DNA of 64,000 nucleotides from the NCBI GenBank assembly GCA_963707025.1, contig CAVPOM010000007.1, forward strand, positions 32,001-96,000. The letters are read 5' to 3'. The DNA comes from an uncultured Verrucomicrobiae bacterium (lineage in GTDB: Bacteria > Verrucomicrobiota > Verrucomicrobiia > Limisphaerales > Palsa-1400). The notes beneath the pieces were generated by a model that searched no databases, was not told the origin of the DNA, and saw nothing but the letters and a program-made list of their open reading frames with translations. A program made the translations under genes and the position numbers. Below are positions 49,001 through 57,778 of this stretch, piece by piece (position 1 is the stretch's first letter; each line of letters opens with the position of its first letter).

Positions 49001-49626
49001 TTGACCTCTGCCCGGCTGGCCCGGACGCGCTGGCGGTGGTCCTGGATTACAAATCGAGCCTGCACAAGCTGGATCCCGCGCTCCTGCGGCATGGCCTGCA
49101 ACTGCAATTGCCGGCCTATCTGAGCGTCCTGCGCCGCCTCCCCCATCCGCAGAAAATATTCGGCGCGGCCCGGCTGATTCCCGCCGGGGTATTCTACGTC
49201 AACCTGCGCGGCAATTTCAAACCCGGCGAGACCCGCCAGGATGTGCTGCAGAACGCGGAACCGGCCTGGCAGGCCGCCTACAAACATACCGGCCGTTTCG
49301 ATCTCGCCGCCCTTCCCCATCTGGACAACCGGGGCGAGTCCAAGGGCACCCAGTTCAACTACCGCCTGAAAAACGACGGCCAGCCCTACGCCAACGTCCC
49401 CGGCCCGATGGACCACGCCGCCTTCCTGCAAATGCTCGATCAAGTGGAACAGAACCTGGTGCGCATGGGCCGCGCCATCTTTGCCGGGGAGATCGAGGTG
49501 AATCCATTCCAGAAAGGGACGATGCGCGCCTGCGACCAGTGCGTCTATCAAGGCATCTGCCGCATAGACCCCTGGACCCATTCCTTCCGCCAACTTGGAA
49601 AGAGCGAAGCAGAGGGGAGCGCGTAA
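46033..49626 (+). CDS. addB: ATP-dependent helicase/nuclease subunit B
   Basis: Walker A GPAGAGKT, PKQATFQLE, nuclease GRIDRID..DYKS..LQLPAY, Fe-S Cys (FAAC..CDQC..GIC). Confidence 0.9.
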   Translation: MQARFLLGPAGAGKTFRCLAEIRAALREDPQGPPLILLAPKQATFQLERQLLGDPALAGYTRLAILSFERLAGFILKQLHQPRPALLSEEGRIMVLRALLARRRADLQIFHSSAGLAGFARQLSLELRELQRREFSPEVLTELASRPEFTEALRRKLGDLALLLRGYLDWLAQQNLQDADCLADVAAEALRSNSQSLSPQMKTIQQEQTEKTEIIISPFPLFPPVKNPQPSRGSTESRPTGLEMQNAKCKMQNDGQSHGSTESRPTVKGNPPSSLFISALWLDGFGELTPQELSLLAALAPCCQKMTLAFCVEDERPAEADSWLSIWSAIAQTRQDCWKRLSAVPGLRLETEILRRQASSGRFAENPVLRHLEKNWAQPVPFPDDQWDPEAQGSLRAVLCANPEGEAVLAAREILQFVQAGGRFRETAVLLRSLEGYHDVLRRVFSRYGIPFFLDRREPSAHHPLAELTRNALRVTAYDWRHEDWFSALKTGLISGDEEAIDRLENEALARGWKGETWTRPWPDVDGKTPVAEQLRRQWAAPFLQLRENLSRQGQLRPDGPQLAAGLRELWSQLQIEESLANLQEAPERPVSHPQFHATVWQQMNAWLDDVALAFAGERLALSEWLAILEAGLAGLTVGVIPPALDQVLIGAVDRSRNPDLQLALVLGVNDSVFPAPPPPRNLLTESDCAELGGRGLVLGPGVRQILGRERFLGYLACTRARRRLVVACSQRDADEQPLNPSPFFALLQRLFPRLETETFSGPDETAPVHACELIPRLLRAQPAGGGWEEILAWPAFAALRQQIKSFAPRSEPERLAPELAGRLYGPALRTSVSRMEQFAACAFRYFVHSGLQAEERILFELDARQKGSFQHLALARFHQQLQEEKKTWHELTAAEARRRMAGICDGLIPQFEEGLLAADAPSRFAARGMARALEDFVAALVAWMSQYDFEPRAAEVEFGGPAGEGGWPAWELDLGGGQRLVFRGRIDRIDLCPAGPDALAVVLDYKSSLHKLDPALLRHGLQLQLPAYLSVLRRLPHPQKIFGAARLIPAGVFYVNLRGNFKPGETRQDVLQNAEPAWQAAYKHTGRFDLAALPHLDNRGESKGTQFNYRLKNDGQPYANVPGPMDHAAFLQMLDQVEQNLVRMGRAIFAGEIEVNPFQKGTMRACDQCVYQGICRIDPWTHSFRQLGKSEAEGSA
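46646..46831 (+). repeat. Composite repeat insert inside addB, read in frame
   Basis: Hairpin 46646-46707, two 31-nt REP halves (46723-46753, 46801-46831), (AAATGCA)4 at 46760-46787. Confidence 0.9.
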
Positions 49627-49664
49627 TACCGTTTCCAGTTCGCAACTGCACTATTGCCAAGGCG

Positions 49665-49695
49665 ATTGGCGGCGGTCGCAGACCGCCGCTACAGT
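49665..49695. repeat. GTAG-type REP half
   Basis: GGCGGTCGCAGACCGCCGCTACAGT; related GCGGCATAGACCGCCGCTACAGT at ~19651. Confidence 0.7.
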
Positions 49696-49721
49696 GCAAA
49701 AGCAAACCGGAAAAGGTTTAG

Positions 49722-51747
49722 TCATCCTTGAGTTGAAACCACGAGCATTTTTTCATTCGACTCCGGTTGCCGGGTCAAAATCCAGATGTGCTTGCGCACG
49801 GCCTCGACGAGCGGGTCCACCCCGGTCTGGTCAAGGCGGTGAAGGATTTTTTCCCAGCGGTAGGCGAAGCTGCCGCCGGTGTCGTACTTGCAATGTTTGA
49901 AGAGGGTGTCGAAGGCGCGGCGGCGTTTGCGATAATCGAGCTGGATGTGGACAAAGCGCTCGCGCAATCCGGTCAGGTAGGTCCGGGCGAAGCCGGTCCC
50001 GTTGGACAGGAGTTTGGCCCGGGTGTTGACGGGCCGGGCGTAATGTTCGGCAAAGGCGTCCAAGGGACGTTCGTATTCGCCGAAAGCGCCACTGTGATCG
50101 CTCACCAAAATCTCCGCCGGCAACCCATCCTCGCCTTCGCGGATGACTTCGTCGCCGTCGTCAAAGACCGGGCAGGTGCCCTCGTACAAAGCCCGGCCGA
50201 CAATGATGCTGGAGGCGGCGGCCCTGCCGAGCAGGGCGGCCAGCTTCAGGGCGTACTCGGGCCGGGCGAGTTTCTCCATGGGCACTTTGTCGCTGGCCAC
50301 GCCTTCCAGATAGTCGCGCTCGAAGTAGGTGGTGCGGATGCTCTGGCCACGGTGCTTTGCCGCCTGGCCCTGGTAGGTTTCGCTCAGGCGCCGCATGATG
50401 ACGCGGGAGGCCAGGTTCATGCCCAACTGGCGGCAGCCCAGCCTGCGATCCAGCCAGTAATCGGTGTAATCGTCGCTTTCCTCGATGGATTCGAGAAGTT
50501 CCTTGCCTTCGTCCAAGTGCTCCCACACGCCCCATTTGAGCAAGCGCATGAAGCGCCGGATGGGCTGGCGCTCGCCGCGCGAGCGCAGTTCGGCCAGGTA
50601 AACGCCGCGGCGGCCGACTTTTTGCGGACGTTCCTTGGAGAGCGATTCGGGCAGGCGGCCCAGGTTGATGTATTCGATATCGCCGTATTCCCGGATCAGG
50701 TTGAAAATGATGCCTTTGGCTCGCGGATCAAACAGCTTTTGCAGGGGCTGATCCTCGGGATGATCGGCCGCCTCCTCGAAGAGGGGATCCAGGAGAAACT
50801 CGCCCTCCTCGAAACGGCCGCCCGGCAGCCACTCCACCCGCAGATAGAATTCGGGGCTGAGTCCGCTGAGGATCTGGTCTGTCTGGGTCTCGTTGCCCTC
50901 GAGAAAGAGGGTGGCGATCATGCGATGGCACCAGGCTTCATTGGCGCAATCATCCCGGCGGAAGGCCTCATGGACCGCCGAAATGAAATGGCGCTGGAGC
51001 GCCTCATATTTGGCGCGCAATTCGGCGGCGGCCAGTTGCCCGTAGGCCACGCCGGCAAAAAGGGCCGGGCCGCAATGCCGCAAATCCGCCGCGAAAAAAT
51101 CCAGTTCCGGGCGGCCCAGATGGTTGCGGCGGATCGAGTAGTTGGCAATTTCCTGAAGTTGCCGGGCCAGGGCGGCATCTTGCAGTCCGCCCAGATTGGC
51201 GAACTCCTGGCAGGTCAGCCAGCGCGTGCCGGTGAGCCGGTTGTAGAAATACAGTGGCAGCTCTTCAATCGCCACCTTGGAACCCAGGATCAGCCTGGCT
51301 TGCTCCTCCTTGGTCGTCGGGATGGCGCTGAGCCGCCAACACTCGCCCCGCCGCTTGATCGCCTCCCGCACCCGCCGGTCGGAAACCGAGAGAAAAATAA
51401 TCCGCCGCTTGGAAACCAGTTCCTGCAACAGTTCATCGGCCGCGAAGGCCAAATCCATCCGGGCGGGATTGGGGCGGATCAGGAACCTGGTCGGGATCGA
51501 AAATCAGGTCCACCGAGTTGCGGCAAATCTTTTCCTCTTCCTCCAGGCTGAGCGGGCCGAGCGCCTCTTGGGCCCGCCGGCGGTTGACCGACTCAATGAA
51601 AGCCGACCGCTGCCAGGCATGAACGTCCGGCGGCAGCGTGTAAAGCGTCTTGTGATCCAGAAACAAAGTCCCGATCCGGGCTTTCTGCCGGCCCTGTTCG
51701 TCCCGTTCGAGCGGATGGGGCCCAATGAGTTCCAAAGCCATGCTCAC
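49722..51747 (-). pseudogene. Large hypothetical protein (~670 aa) split by a +1 frameshift near 51484 (possible assembly error)
   Basis: Removing one T joins DPDQV-LIRPNPARMDLAF; long ORF with host-like GC-rich codons. Confidence 0.7.
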
Positions 51748-52005
51748 CTCTCCATTTTAGCCGCAGAGGGCTGGAAGGGCAAGCCATCCCGAGCGAGGCG
51801 GGCCGAAAAAGGAAAAATGCGCGGCGAGGCATAATGAGATTGGCGCTCCCGCAAGCGGGATGACTGCTCGTAGAGCACTCTGGACGCCCCGGCACAATGA
51901 TCTCGAAACCGGTACTTAGAGTGATGCTCTTCACCGCGCGATGCTACTTATACCACGCCGCTGAAAAAAGGCCAGCCGAACTTATTCACAACATTATTCA
52001 CCGTC

Positions 52006-53856
52006 TCACCCGGTCCCTCCCCCGGCAGGCGGCCCGGGGGAAGGCTCCGGTGGCTCGTGAAACTGGAGCATGTAGAGCTTGTGATAAACACCGCCCAAGG
52101 CGAGCAGTTCGGCGTGGCGGCCGGTTTCGACAATGCGTCCCTGGTCAAGAACAAGGATCACGTCGGCTCCCTGCACGGTGGAAAGGCGGTGGGCGATGCA
52201 AAGGGTGGTCCGCCCTTTCATCAGTTCATCCAGGGCGGCCTGCACCGCCCGCTCGGCTTCGTTGTCCAGCGAACTGGTGGCTTCATCCAGGACGAGGATG
52301 GGGGCGTTTTTCAAAATGGCCCGGGCAATGGAAAGGCGCTGCCGCTGCCCGCCGGAAAGGGTCACGCCTTTCTCCCCAATGCCCGCTTCGTAGCCGCCCG
52401 GCTTCTCCAGGATGAACTCGTGGGCAAGGGCGTGTTTGGCCGCCTGCTCCACGTCGGCGGCGCTGGCCCCGGGGCGTCCGCAGGCGATGTTGTTGCGAAT
52501 GGTGTCGTTGAAAAGAATGACCTCCTGGGTGACGACGGCGATCTGGGAGTGCAGGTCGCGCAAGGCGGCCTGGCGCAAGTCCACACCGCCGATGCGGACG
52601 GCGCCGGCCGTGGGATCGTAGAAGCGGAGCAGCAGGTTGGTCAGGGTGGTTTTGCCGGAGCCGGTCCGGCCGACCAGCGCGACCATCTGGCCGGGTTTGA
52701 CTTTCAACTGGATGTCGCGCAGCACCAGGCCGGCGCCATAGCCGAAGCTGACATTGTCAAAATGAATTTCCCGGCCGGCCGCCTGAAGGGGCACGGGTTG
52801 GGCCGGGTCGGTCAGGGTGTTGGGGATGGCCAGCAATTCAAAGACGCGCTGGGTGGCGGCCTGGGCCTGGGTCATCTGGCTGTGCAGGCGGGTGAGGGCT
52901 TTGATCGGCGGGTAAAGGCTGAGCAACGGGACCATAAAAGCACCCAAGTAGGCCACGTCGGCGCCCTGGCTCAGGAGGTAGAGGAACATGCCGGCTATGC
53001 CAATGGCTCCCACAAATTCAATCAACGGGCCGGGTGATTCGGTGGCCCGGACCACCCGCATAAAGTTGCTGCGGAAGGTGTTCAGATTGGCCCGGAATTG
53101 TTTGACCACGACCGGTTCCAGATTGTAGGCCTTGATGATGCGGTTGCCGGTGAAGGATTCGTGCATGACTTTGCCCAGCGCGGCCGCTTCGGTCTGGATG
53201 GCGGCGCTGGCGCGGCCGCCTTTGCGGCTGTAAATGGAGATCGGAATGACGCACAAGGGAAAGACCACCAAGGACAGGAGCGTGAGCCGCCAGTCCAGGG
53301 CGAGCATCACAAGGACGCAGGTCAGGATGGTGCAGGGGGCCTGGATGAGCGTGACCAGCGACACGCCGATCATGTTTTGCAACAGGGTAATGTCGTTGTT
53401 GCGCGAGATCAGTTCGCCGGTGCTGACGCGCGTGAAGAAGCTCAAGGGCAGATTGAGCAGATGTTCAAAAAGCCGGGCGCGCAGATCGCAGGTGGTTCGC
53501 GCCCCCACCCATCCCATCAGATACGCGTTCAAATAAGACACCACACCGCGAACCAACACCACCAGCGGAATCAGGCCCACCATGGCAATTCTCCCAAGAG
53601 AACTTTGGGAGTGGCCGCTCATCCAATCCTTGACGTGGGCAAACAGGACACTGGCCCAACCGGAGGCCGCTACGGGCGTTTTGGGCGATAAACCACTCAT
53701 GGCCGCGGGCGAGAACAGGACGCTGACCACCAGCACGACGGTCAGATAAAAGAGCGGCTGGGCCACGGCATTTAAGATCCCAAAAAATGCGCCCAGGAGA
53801 AAGCGCCCCTTGTAGGGCCGGTTTAATTCCCACAGCTTAAAAAAAAATTTGATCAT
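52006..53856 (-). CDS. MsbA-like ABC exporter (TMD+NBD)
   Basis: Six TM; GRTGSGKTT, LSGGQRQR, LDEATSSLD, IAHRLST; next to a GT9 gene. Confidence 0.9.
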   Translation of the reverse strand: MIKFFFKLWELNRPYKGRFLLGAFFGILNAVAQPLFYLTVVLVVSVLFSPAAMSGLSPKTPVAASGWASVLFAHVKDWMSGHSQSSLGRIAMVGLIPLVVLVRGVVSYLNAYLMGWVGARTTCDLRARLFEHLLNLPLSFFTRVSTGELISRNNDITLLQNMIGVSLVTLIQAPCTILTCVLVMLALDWRLTLLSLVVFPLCVIPISIYSRKGGRASAAIQTEAAALGKVMHESFTGNRIIKAYNLEPVVVKQFRANLNTFRSNFMRVVRATESPGPLIEFVGAIGIAGMFLYLLSQGADVAYLGAFMVPLLSLYPPIKALTRLHSQMTQAQAATQRVFELLAIPNTLTDPAQPVPLQAAGREIHFDNVSFGYGAGLVLRDIQLKVKPGQMVALVGRTGSGKTTLTNLLLRFYDPTAGAVRIGGVDLRQAALRDLHSQIAVVTQEVILFNDTIRNNIACGRPGASAADVEQAAKHALAHEFILEKPGGYEAGIGEKGVTLSGGQRQRLSIARAILKNAPILVLDEATSSLDNEAERAVQAALDELMKGRTTLCIAHRLSTVQGADVILVLDQGRIVETGRHAELLALGGVYHKLYMLQFHEPPEPSPGPPAGGGTG

Positions 53857-53893
53857 GCGCGCTTGCGCCAGTATGCCCCGCAGGGCGCAAACT

Positions 53894-54979
53894 TCAAAGT
53901 TTAAGGTGCTGGGCGGAAATGGGCCGGAGCGGGCGAATGGCTTCAAAGACCTCGCGCGGGGAAATGGCGGCCAGACATTCGGCCCGGCCCCTGGCCTGGC
54001 AACGGTTCCGGCCGGAGTCCAGACACGGGCAGCCCGCGGCCAGGTACTTGTGTTGCACACCCGCGGGCGGCAGCCATTCCTTCAAGCCGGGATATTTGCG
54101 GAAGAGGGTGAAGGTGGAAACGCCCAGGGCGGCCGCCAGATGCAGCACGCCGGAATCCGCGCCCAGGTGCAGGCGGCAGCGTTGCAGCAGGGCCGCCAAT
54201 TGTCCAATGTTCAGCCCCGGCAGACAGAGCAGGCGCGCCTCGGGCACGTTGTCGCCCAGCCGGTCCAGGCGGTCGGACTCGCGGGGGCTGGCCGCGGCGG
54301 TGGCCACCAGTTGCACGGCCGGGTCGCTCTCCAAAATCATCCTGGCCAGTTCGGCCCAGTTATCCAGCGGCCATTCCTTGAGCGGCGTGCTGGCGTTGAT
54401 GGAGAGGTGAATGGCATTGGCCGGGATGTTGGCCGCGACCGATTCCCGCGCCTTCTCCGGCACCCGCAGATCAAACCGGGCCGGCTCGAGCGAGAAACCC
54501 GCCGCCGCCAGCACCTGGCGCCGCTGGGCGAAAACGGGGATGTCGCGGCTTTGTCGCGGCACCCAGTTGCCGATCAGCCAACGGTTCCAGAAATGGCGGC
54601 GCCCGCCCTCATGCGCCAGGCGCCACTGCGCGCCCGTCAAGGCCGTCAGGAAAATCGTGCGGTCCGCCCCGCTGAAATTGAAGGCCGCGTCATAATTCTC
54701 CCGGCGCAGGGCGCGGATCACGTCCCAATGCCGCCACCAGGCCGGGCTTTGCGGCGTCAAGGGAAACGCCCAGGCCCGGTCCACGCACGGCGCCAGGCCG
54801 AGCAATTCCGCCCCCACCGCGGCGGACAAGGTGTGAAGTTGCGCCGCCGGATAATGGCGTTTGATTTCCCACAACGCCGGGACGAGATGGACCGAATCGC
54901 CGAGGAATCCCAAATCCACCACGATGATTTTGCGCGCCGATTTGGTGGTTTCATAAAAATTTGCGCCCACGGCCTGCAT
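53894..54979 (-). CDS. Glycosyltransferase family 9 (heptosyltransferase-like)
   Basis: GFLGD, KEWP, GADSGVLHLAAALG. Confidence 0.92.
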   Translation of the reverse strand: MQAVGANFYETTKSARKIIVVDLGFLGDSVHLVPALWEIKRHYPAAQLHTLSAAVGAELLGLAPCVDRAWAFPLTPQSPAWWRHWDVIRALRRENYDAAFNFSGADRTIFLTALTGAQWRLAHEGGRRHFWNRWLIGNWVPRQSRDIPVFAQRRQVLAAAGFSLEPARFDLRVPEKARESVAANIPANAIHLSINASTPLKEWPLDNWAELARMILESDPAVQLVATAAASPRESDRLDRLGDNVPEARLLCLPGLNIGQLAALLQRCRLHLGADSGVLHLAAALGVSTFTLFRKYPGLKEWLPPAGVQHKYLAAGCPCLDSGRNRCQARGRAECLAAISPREVFEAIRPLRPISAQHLKL

Positions 54980-55050
54980 GTCGTCTAGTTAAGGGCAACG
55001 GGCCGGATTGGCGAGAGCAAAATCGTCTGAAGGCGGAGGGGGCATTTCCC

Positions 55051-55171
55051 ATTTTTGGGTTAACTTTCTTAATCGTAATCTTAATCTTGCTCTTAATCCG
55101 AATGCAGGAGGGCGATGCGATTAAGATTAAGATTAAGATTAAGAGCATGATTAAGAGGGGAACCCAAAAAT
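55051..55171. repeat. Inverted tandem-repeat element with 6-nt units
   Basis: (CTTAAT)n left arm, (GATTAA)n right arm, perfect outer 11-bp IR ATTTTTGGGTT/AACCCAAAAAT. Confidence 0.88.
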
Positions 55172-55270
55172 CTGAAAGGCACGCCGGAGGGACCCCCGGG
55201 CCCGAGCGGCCGCCGGGAGGGAGGCCAGTTTCTGACTGACTTGGGCGGGCGACGTGGTAAATTGGGGAGC

Positions 55271-55501
55271 ATGAAGATGGCGACAACAGCGGCGCAACAA
55301 CGGCGCTGGATGCAACAATGGCGCGAGGCGGCCATTTTTTTGGATGAGGTGAAGCGGGATGAATTGGCCAGCCTAACCGAGCATGGCGCGTGGCGGCAGA
55401 TCGAGGGGCTGCTTTCCCTCGCTCCTCACTACCGCCGTCTCTCGCGCACCTCCGGCTTGGTCAAACAGCAGGCCTGGTTTCACAAACGGAACAGGAAATG
55501 A
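55271..55501 (+). CDS. Small hypothetical protein (antitoxin-like partner)
   Basis: Stop overlaps the NTase start (ATGA); W..QWR..SGLV.QQ.WF. Confidence 0.65.
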   Translation: MKMATTAAQQRRWMQQWREAAIFLDEVKRDELASLTEHGAWRQIEGLLSLAPHYRRLSRTSGLVKQQAWFHKRNRK

Positions 55502-56109
55502 ACGATGTCATCTCCGCCGCGCTTGAGTTGCAGGCAGTCTGCCAGAAACACGGCTGGCGATTTTGTTTTATTGGCGGCATCGCGGTGCAGCGTTGGAGCG
55601 AACCCAGGTTCACCGACGATGCGGACCTTACTTTGCTGACCGGTTTCGGCTCGGAGGACGCCTTTATCCGGCCTCTGCTCGAGGTCTTTGCCCCCAGGAG
55701 ACCCGATGCCGCTGAGTTTGCCTTGCGCAACCGCGTCCTTGTTCTCAAGAATTCCCAAGGCGTCGGCCTGGATGTTGCCTTGGGCGCTTTCCCGTTTGAA
55801 ACACACACGATTGAGCGATCCTCGCCATTTGTCTTTCCCACCGGCCAGTCTCTTATTACCTGCTCGGCGGAAGACTTGCTGGTGCATAAATGCTTTGCCA
55901 ACCGGGAGAAGGACTGGCTGGATGTGGACGGCATCCTGGCGCGGCAGTGGAACAAACTGAATTTGAAACTGGTGCGGGCGGAATTGAAGCCGCTGGCAGA
56001 GTTGAAGGAGGAACCGGAGATCATGGTCCGGCTGGAACAGAAGATCGCCCGCCACAACCAGCCCTTCACCCGGATCAAACCCACCCGGCCGAGGAAGAAA
56101 CGACGGTGA
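55498..56109 (+). CDS. Nucleotidyltransferase family protein (AbiEii/DUF6036-like)
   Basis: GGIAVQRWSEPRFTDDAD; SAEDLLVHK..REKDWLD. Confidence 0.8.
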   Translation: MNDVISAALELQAVCQKHGWRFCFIGGIAVQRWSEPRFTDDADLTLLTGFGSEDAFIRPLLEVFAPRRPDAAEFALRNRVLVLKNSQGVGLDVALGAFPFETHTIERSSPFVFPTGQSLITCSAEDLLVHKCFANREKDWLDVDGILARQWNKLNLKLVRAELKPLAELKEEPEIMVRLEQKIARHNQPFTRIKPTRPRKKRR

Positions 56110-56897
56110 ATAAATTACCCATTTCGGTCTGCATTATTTCCGGGGCGGAAGCCCGCCGCATCGGCCAAGCCCTGGCCAGCGTCGCCTCCTGGACTTGCGA
56201 GATCATCGTCGTGCTGAACGAGGAGGTGGCCGACGGCACGGACCAGATCGCCGCCTCCCATGGCGCCCGGGTTTTTCGCGAGGCGTGGAAGGGTCACATC
56301 GCCCAAAAGAATTCCGCCATGGCCAAGGCCACCCAGCCCTGGATTTTGGGATTGGATGCCGACGAAGCGGTATCGGAGGAATTGCGCGATGAAATTCTGG
56401 CTCTCCCGATGCCGTGGTCAACTTATGCCGCCTACAATTTTCCGCGCCGCACTTTTTATCTGGGCCGATGGATTCGTCATGGCGACTGGTATCCGGACCG
56501 TTGCACGCGGCTGTGGCGGCAGGGGAAGGCGCGCTGGGAGGGCATTGATCCGCATGACTGCCTGCGGGTGGACGGCGCGACCGGAAAGCTGCGGGGCGAT
56601 CTGCTCCATTATTCCAATCCGAACATCAGCAGCTACGTGAGGAAAATCAATTACTTCGCCGATCTGCATCTGCAACGGCAGTTGGCCGAAAAGGCGCGCT
56701 GGTCCGCGGCCGGCGCCATCTTGCGCGCGGCCTGGCGCTTTGTGCGCGCTTATGTTTTGCGCCTGGGGTTTCTGGATGGCTATCCCGGCTTTTTCATCGC
56801 GGCTTCCACCGCCTATTCCACCCTGGTCCGGCACAGCCGGCTCTTCGAGCATTTGCAAACCACCCAGCCGCCATGCGCGCCGTCCCAATCTCGCTGA
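56106..56897 (+). CDS. Glycosyltransferase family 2 (LPS biosynthesis-like)
   Basis: ISVCII, DGT, LDADE, GFLDG..GF. Confidence 0.9.
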   Translation: MNKLPISVCIISGAEARRIGQALASVASWTCEIIVVLNEEVADGTDQIAASHGARVFREAWKGHIAQKNSAMAKATQPWILGLDADEAVSEELRDEILALPMPWSTYAAYNFPRRTFYLGRWIRHGDWYPDRCTRLWRQGKARWEGIDPHDCLRVDGATGKLRGDLLHYSNPNISSYVRKINYFADLHLQRQLAEKARWSAAGAILRAAWRFVRAYVLRLGFLDGYPGFFIAASTAYSTLVRHSRLFEHLQTTQPPCAPSQSR

Positions 56898-57778
56898 TCA
56901 TCTCCACTTACGAGCGGCCCGGCCCGCTGGAGCAGGTCTTGCTCGGCGTCCAGCGCCAGTCGGTCAGTCCGCTGGAAATCTTCATCGCTGACGACGGCTC
57001 CGGCCCCGCGACCCGCGCCTTGCTCAGCTCATGGCAGCAACGGCTGGCCGCCCCCTTGCGCCACCTCTGGCAGCCCGACCTGGGCTTCCGCAAAACTCTC
57101 ATTCTCAACCAGGCCGCCGCGGCGGCCCAGGGCGATTACCTTGTCTTGCTCGACGGGGATTGCGTGCCGCATCCCAAATTCATCGCCGACCACGCCGCGC
57201 TGGCGGAGAAGAACTACTGGGTGCAGGGCCGCCGCTGTTTTGTGCGGGAAAAATTCGCCCCGGCCTTTTCCGCCGCCAGCACGCCCGTCGGCCAATGGCT
57301 GCTGGCCGGACGCATCACCGGTCTGGCCAAGGCCGTTCGCCTCCCCTTTCCGGTGGTGCGCCGCAACACCGGCCAGCGCGGCATCATCGGTTGCAACATG
57401 GCCTTCTGGCGCGAGGATCTTCTGGCCATCAATGGTTTTGACGAGGAATATACCGGCTGGGGCATTGGGGAGGACTCCGACCTTGGCACGCGGCTTTACC
57501 ATCTGGGCCGGCCGCGCAAATTTGTTTATGGCCATGCCATTGTTTACCATTTGAACCACCCCATGCTCGGCCGCAGCCACCTCCAGGCCAGCCGGCAGCG
57601 CCTGGCCGAAACCATCCGCTCGGGCAAAATCCGCTGCGAGCGGGGGATCGAACAATACCTTTCCAACGCCGCCCAGCCCCCGTGGAATCAGTCAGCCCTG
57701 GATGGCAGGGCGCGCACTCCGTGCGCGCCGCGGCGGGTCCCGATAATTCGGGACCCGCCCTACCTTCCCCCCGCATGA
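56873..57778 (+). CDS. Glycosyltransferase family 2; C-terminus extended through a REP
   Basis: IADDGS, LDGDC, GCNMAF..NGFDE..GWG.GEDSD. Confidence 0.92.
   Translation: MRAVPISLIISTYERPGPLEQVLLGVQRQSVSPLEIFIADDGSGPATRALLSSWQQRLAAPLRHLWQPDLGFRKTLILNQAAAAAQGDYLVLLDGDCVPHPKFIADHAALAEKNYWVQGRRCFVREKFAPAFSAASTPVGQWLLAGRITGLAKAVRLPFPVVRRNTGQRGIIGCNMAFWREDLLAINGFDEEYTGWGIGEDSDLGTRLYHLGRPRKFVYGHAIVYHLNHPMLGRSHLQASRQRLAETIRSGKIRCERGIEQYLSNAAQPPWNQSALDGRARTPCAPRRVPIIRDPPYLPPA
57700..57764 (+). repeat. REP doublet within the GT2 3' end
   Basis: GGATGGCAGGGCGCGCACTCCGTGCGCGCCG joined to GCGGGTCCCGATAATTCGGGACCCGCCCTACC. Confidence 0.88.
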
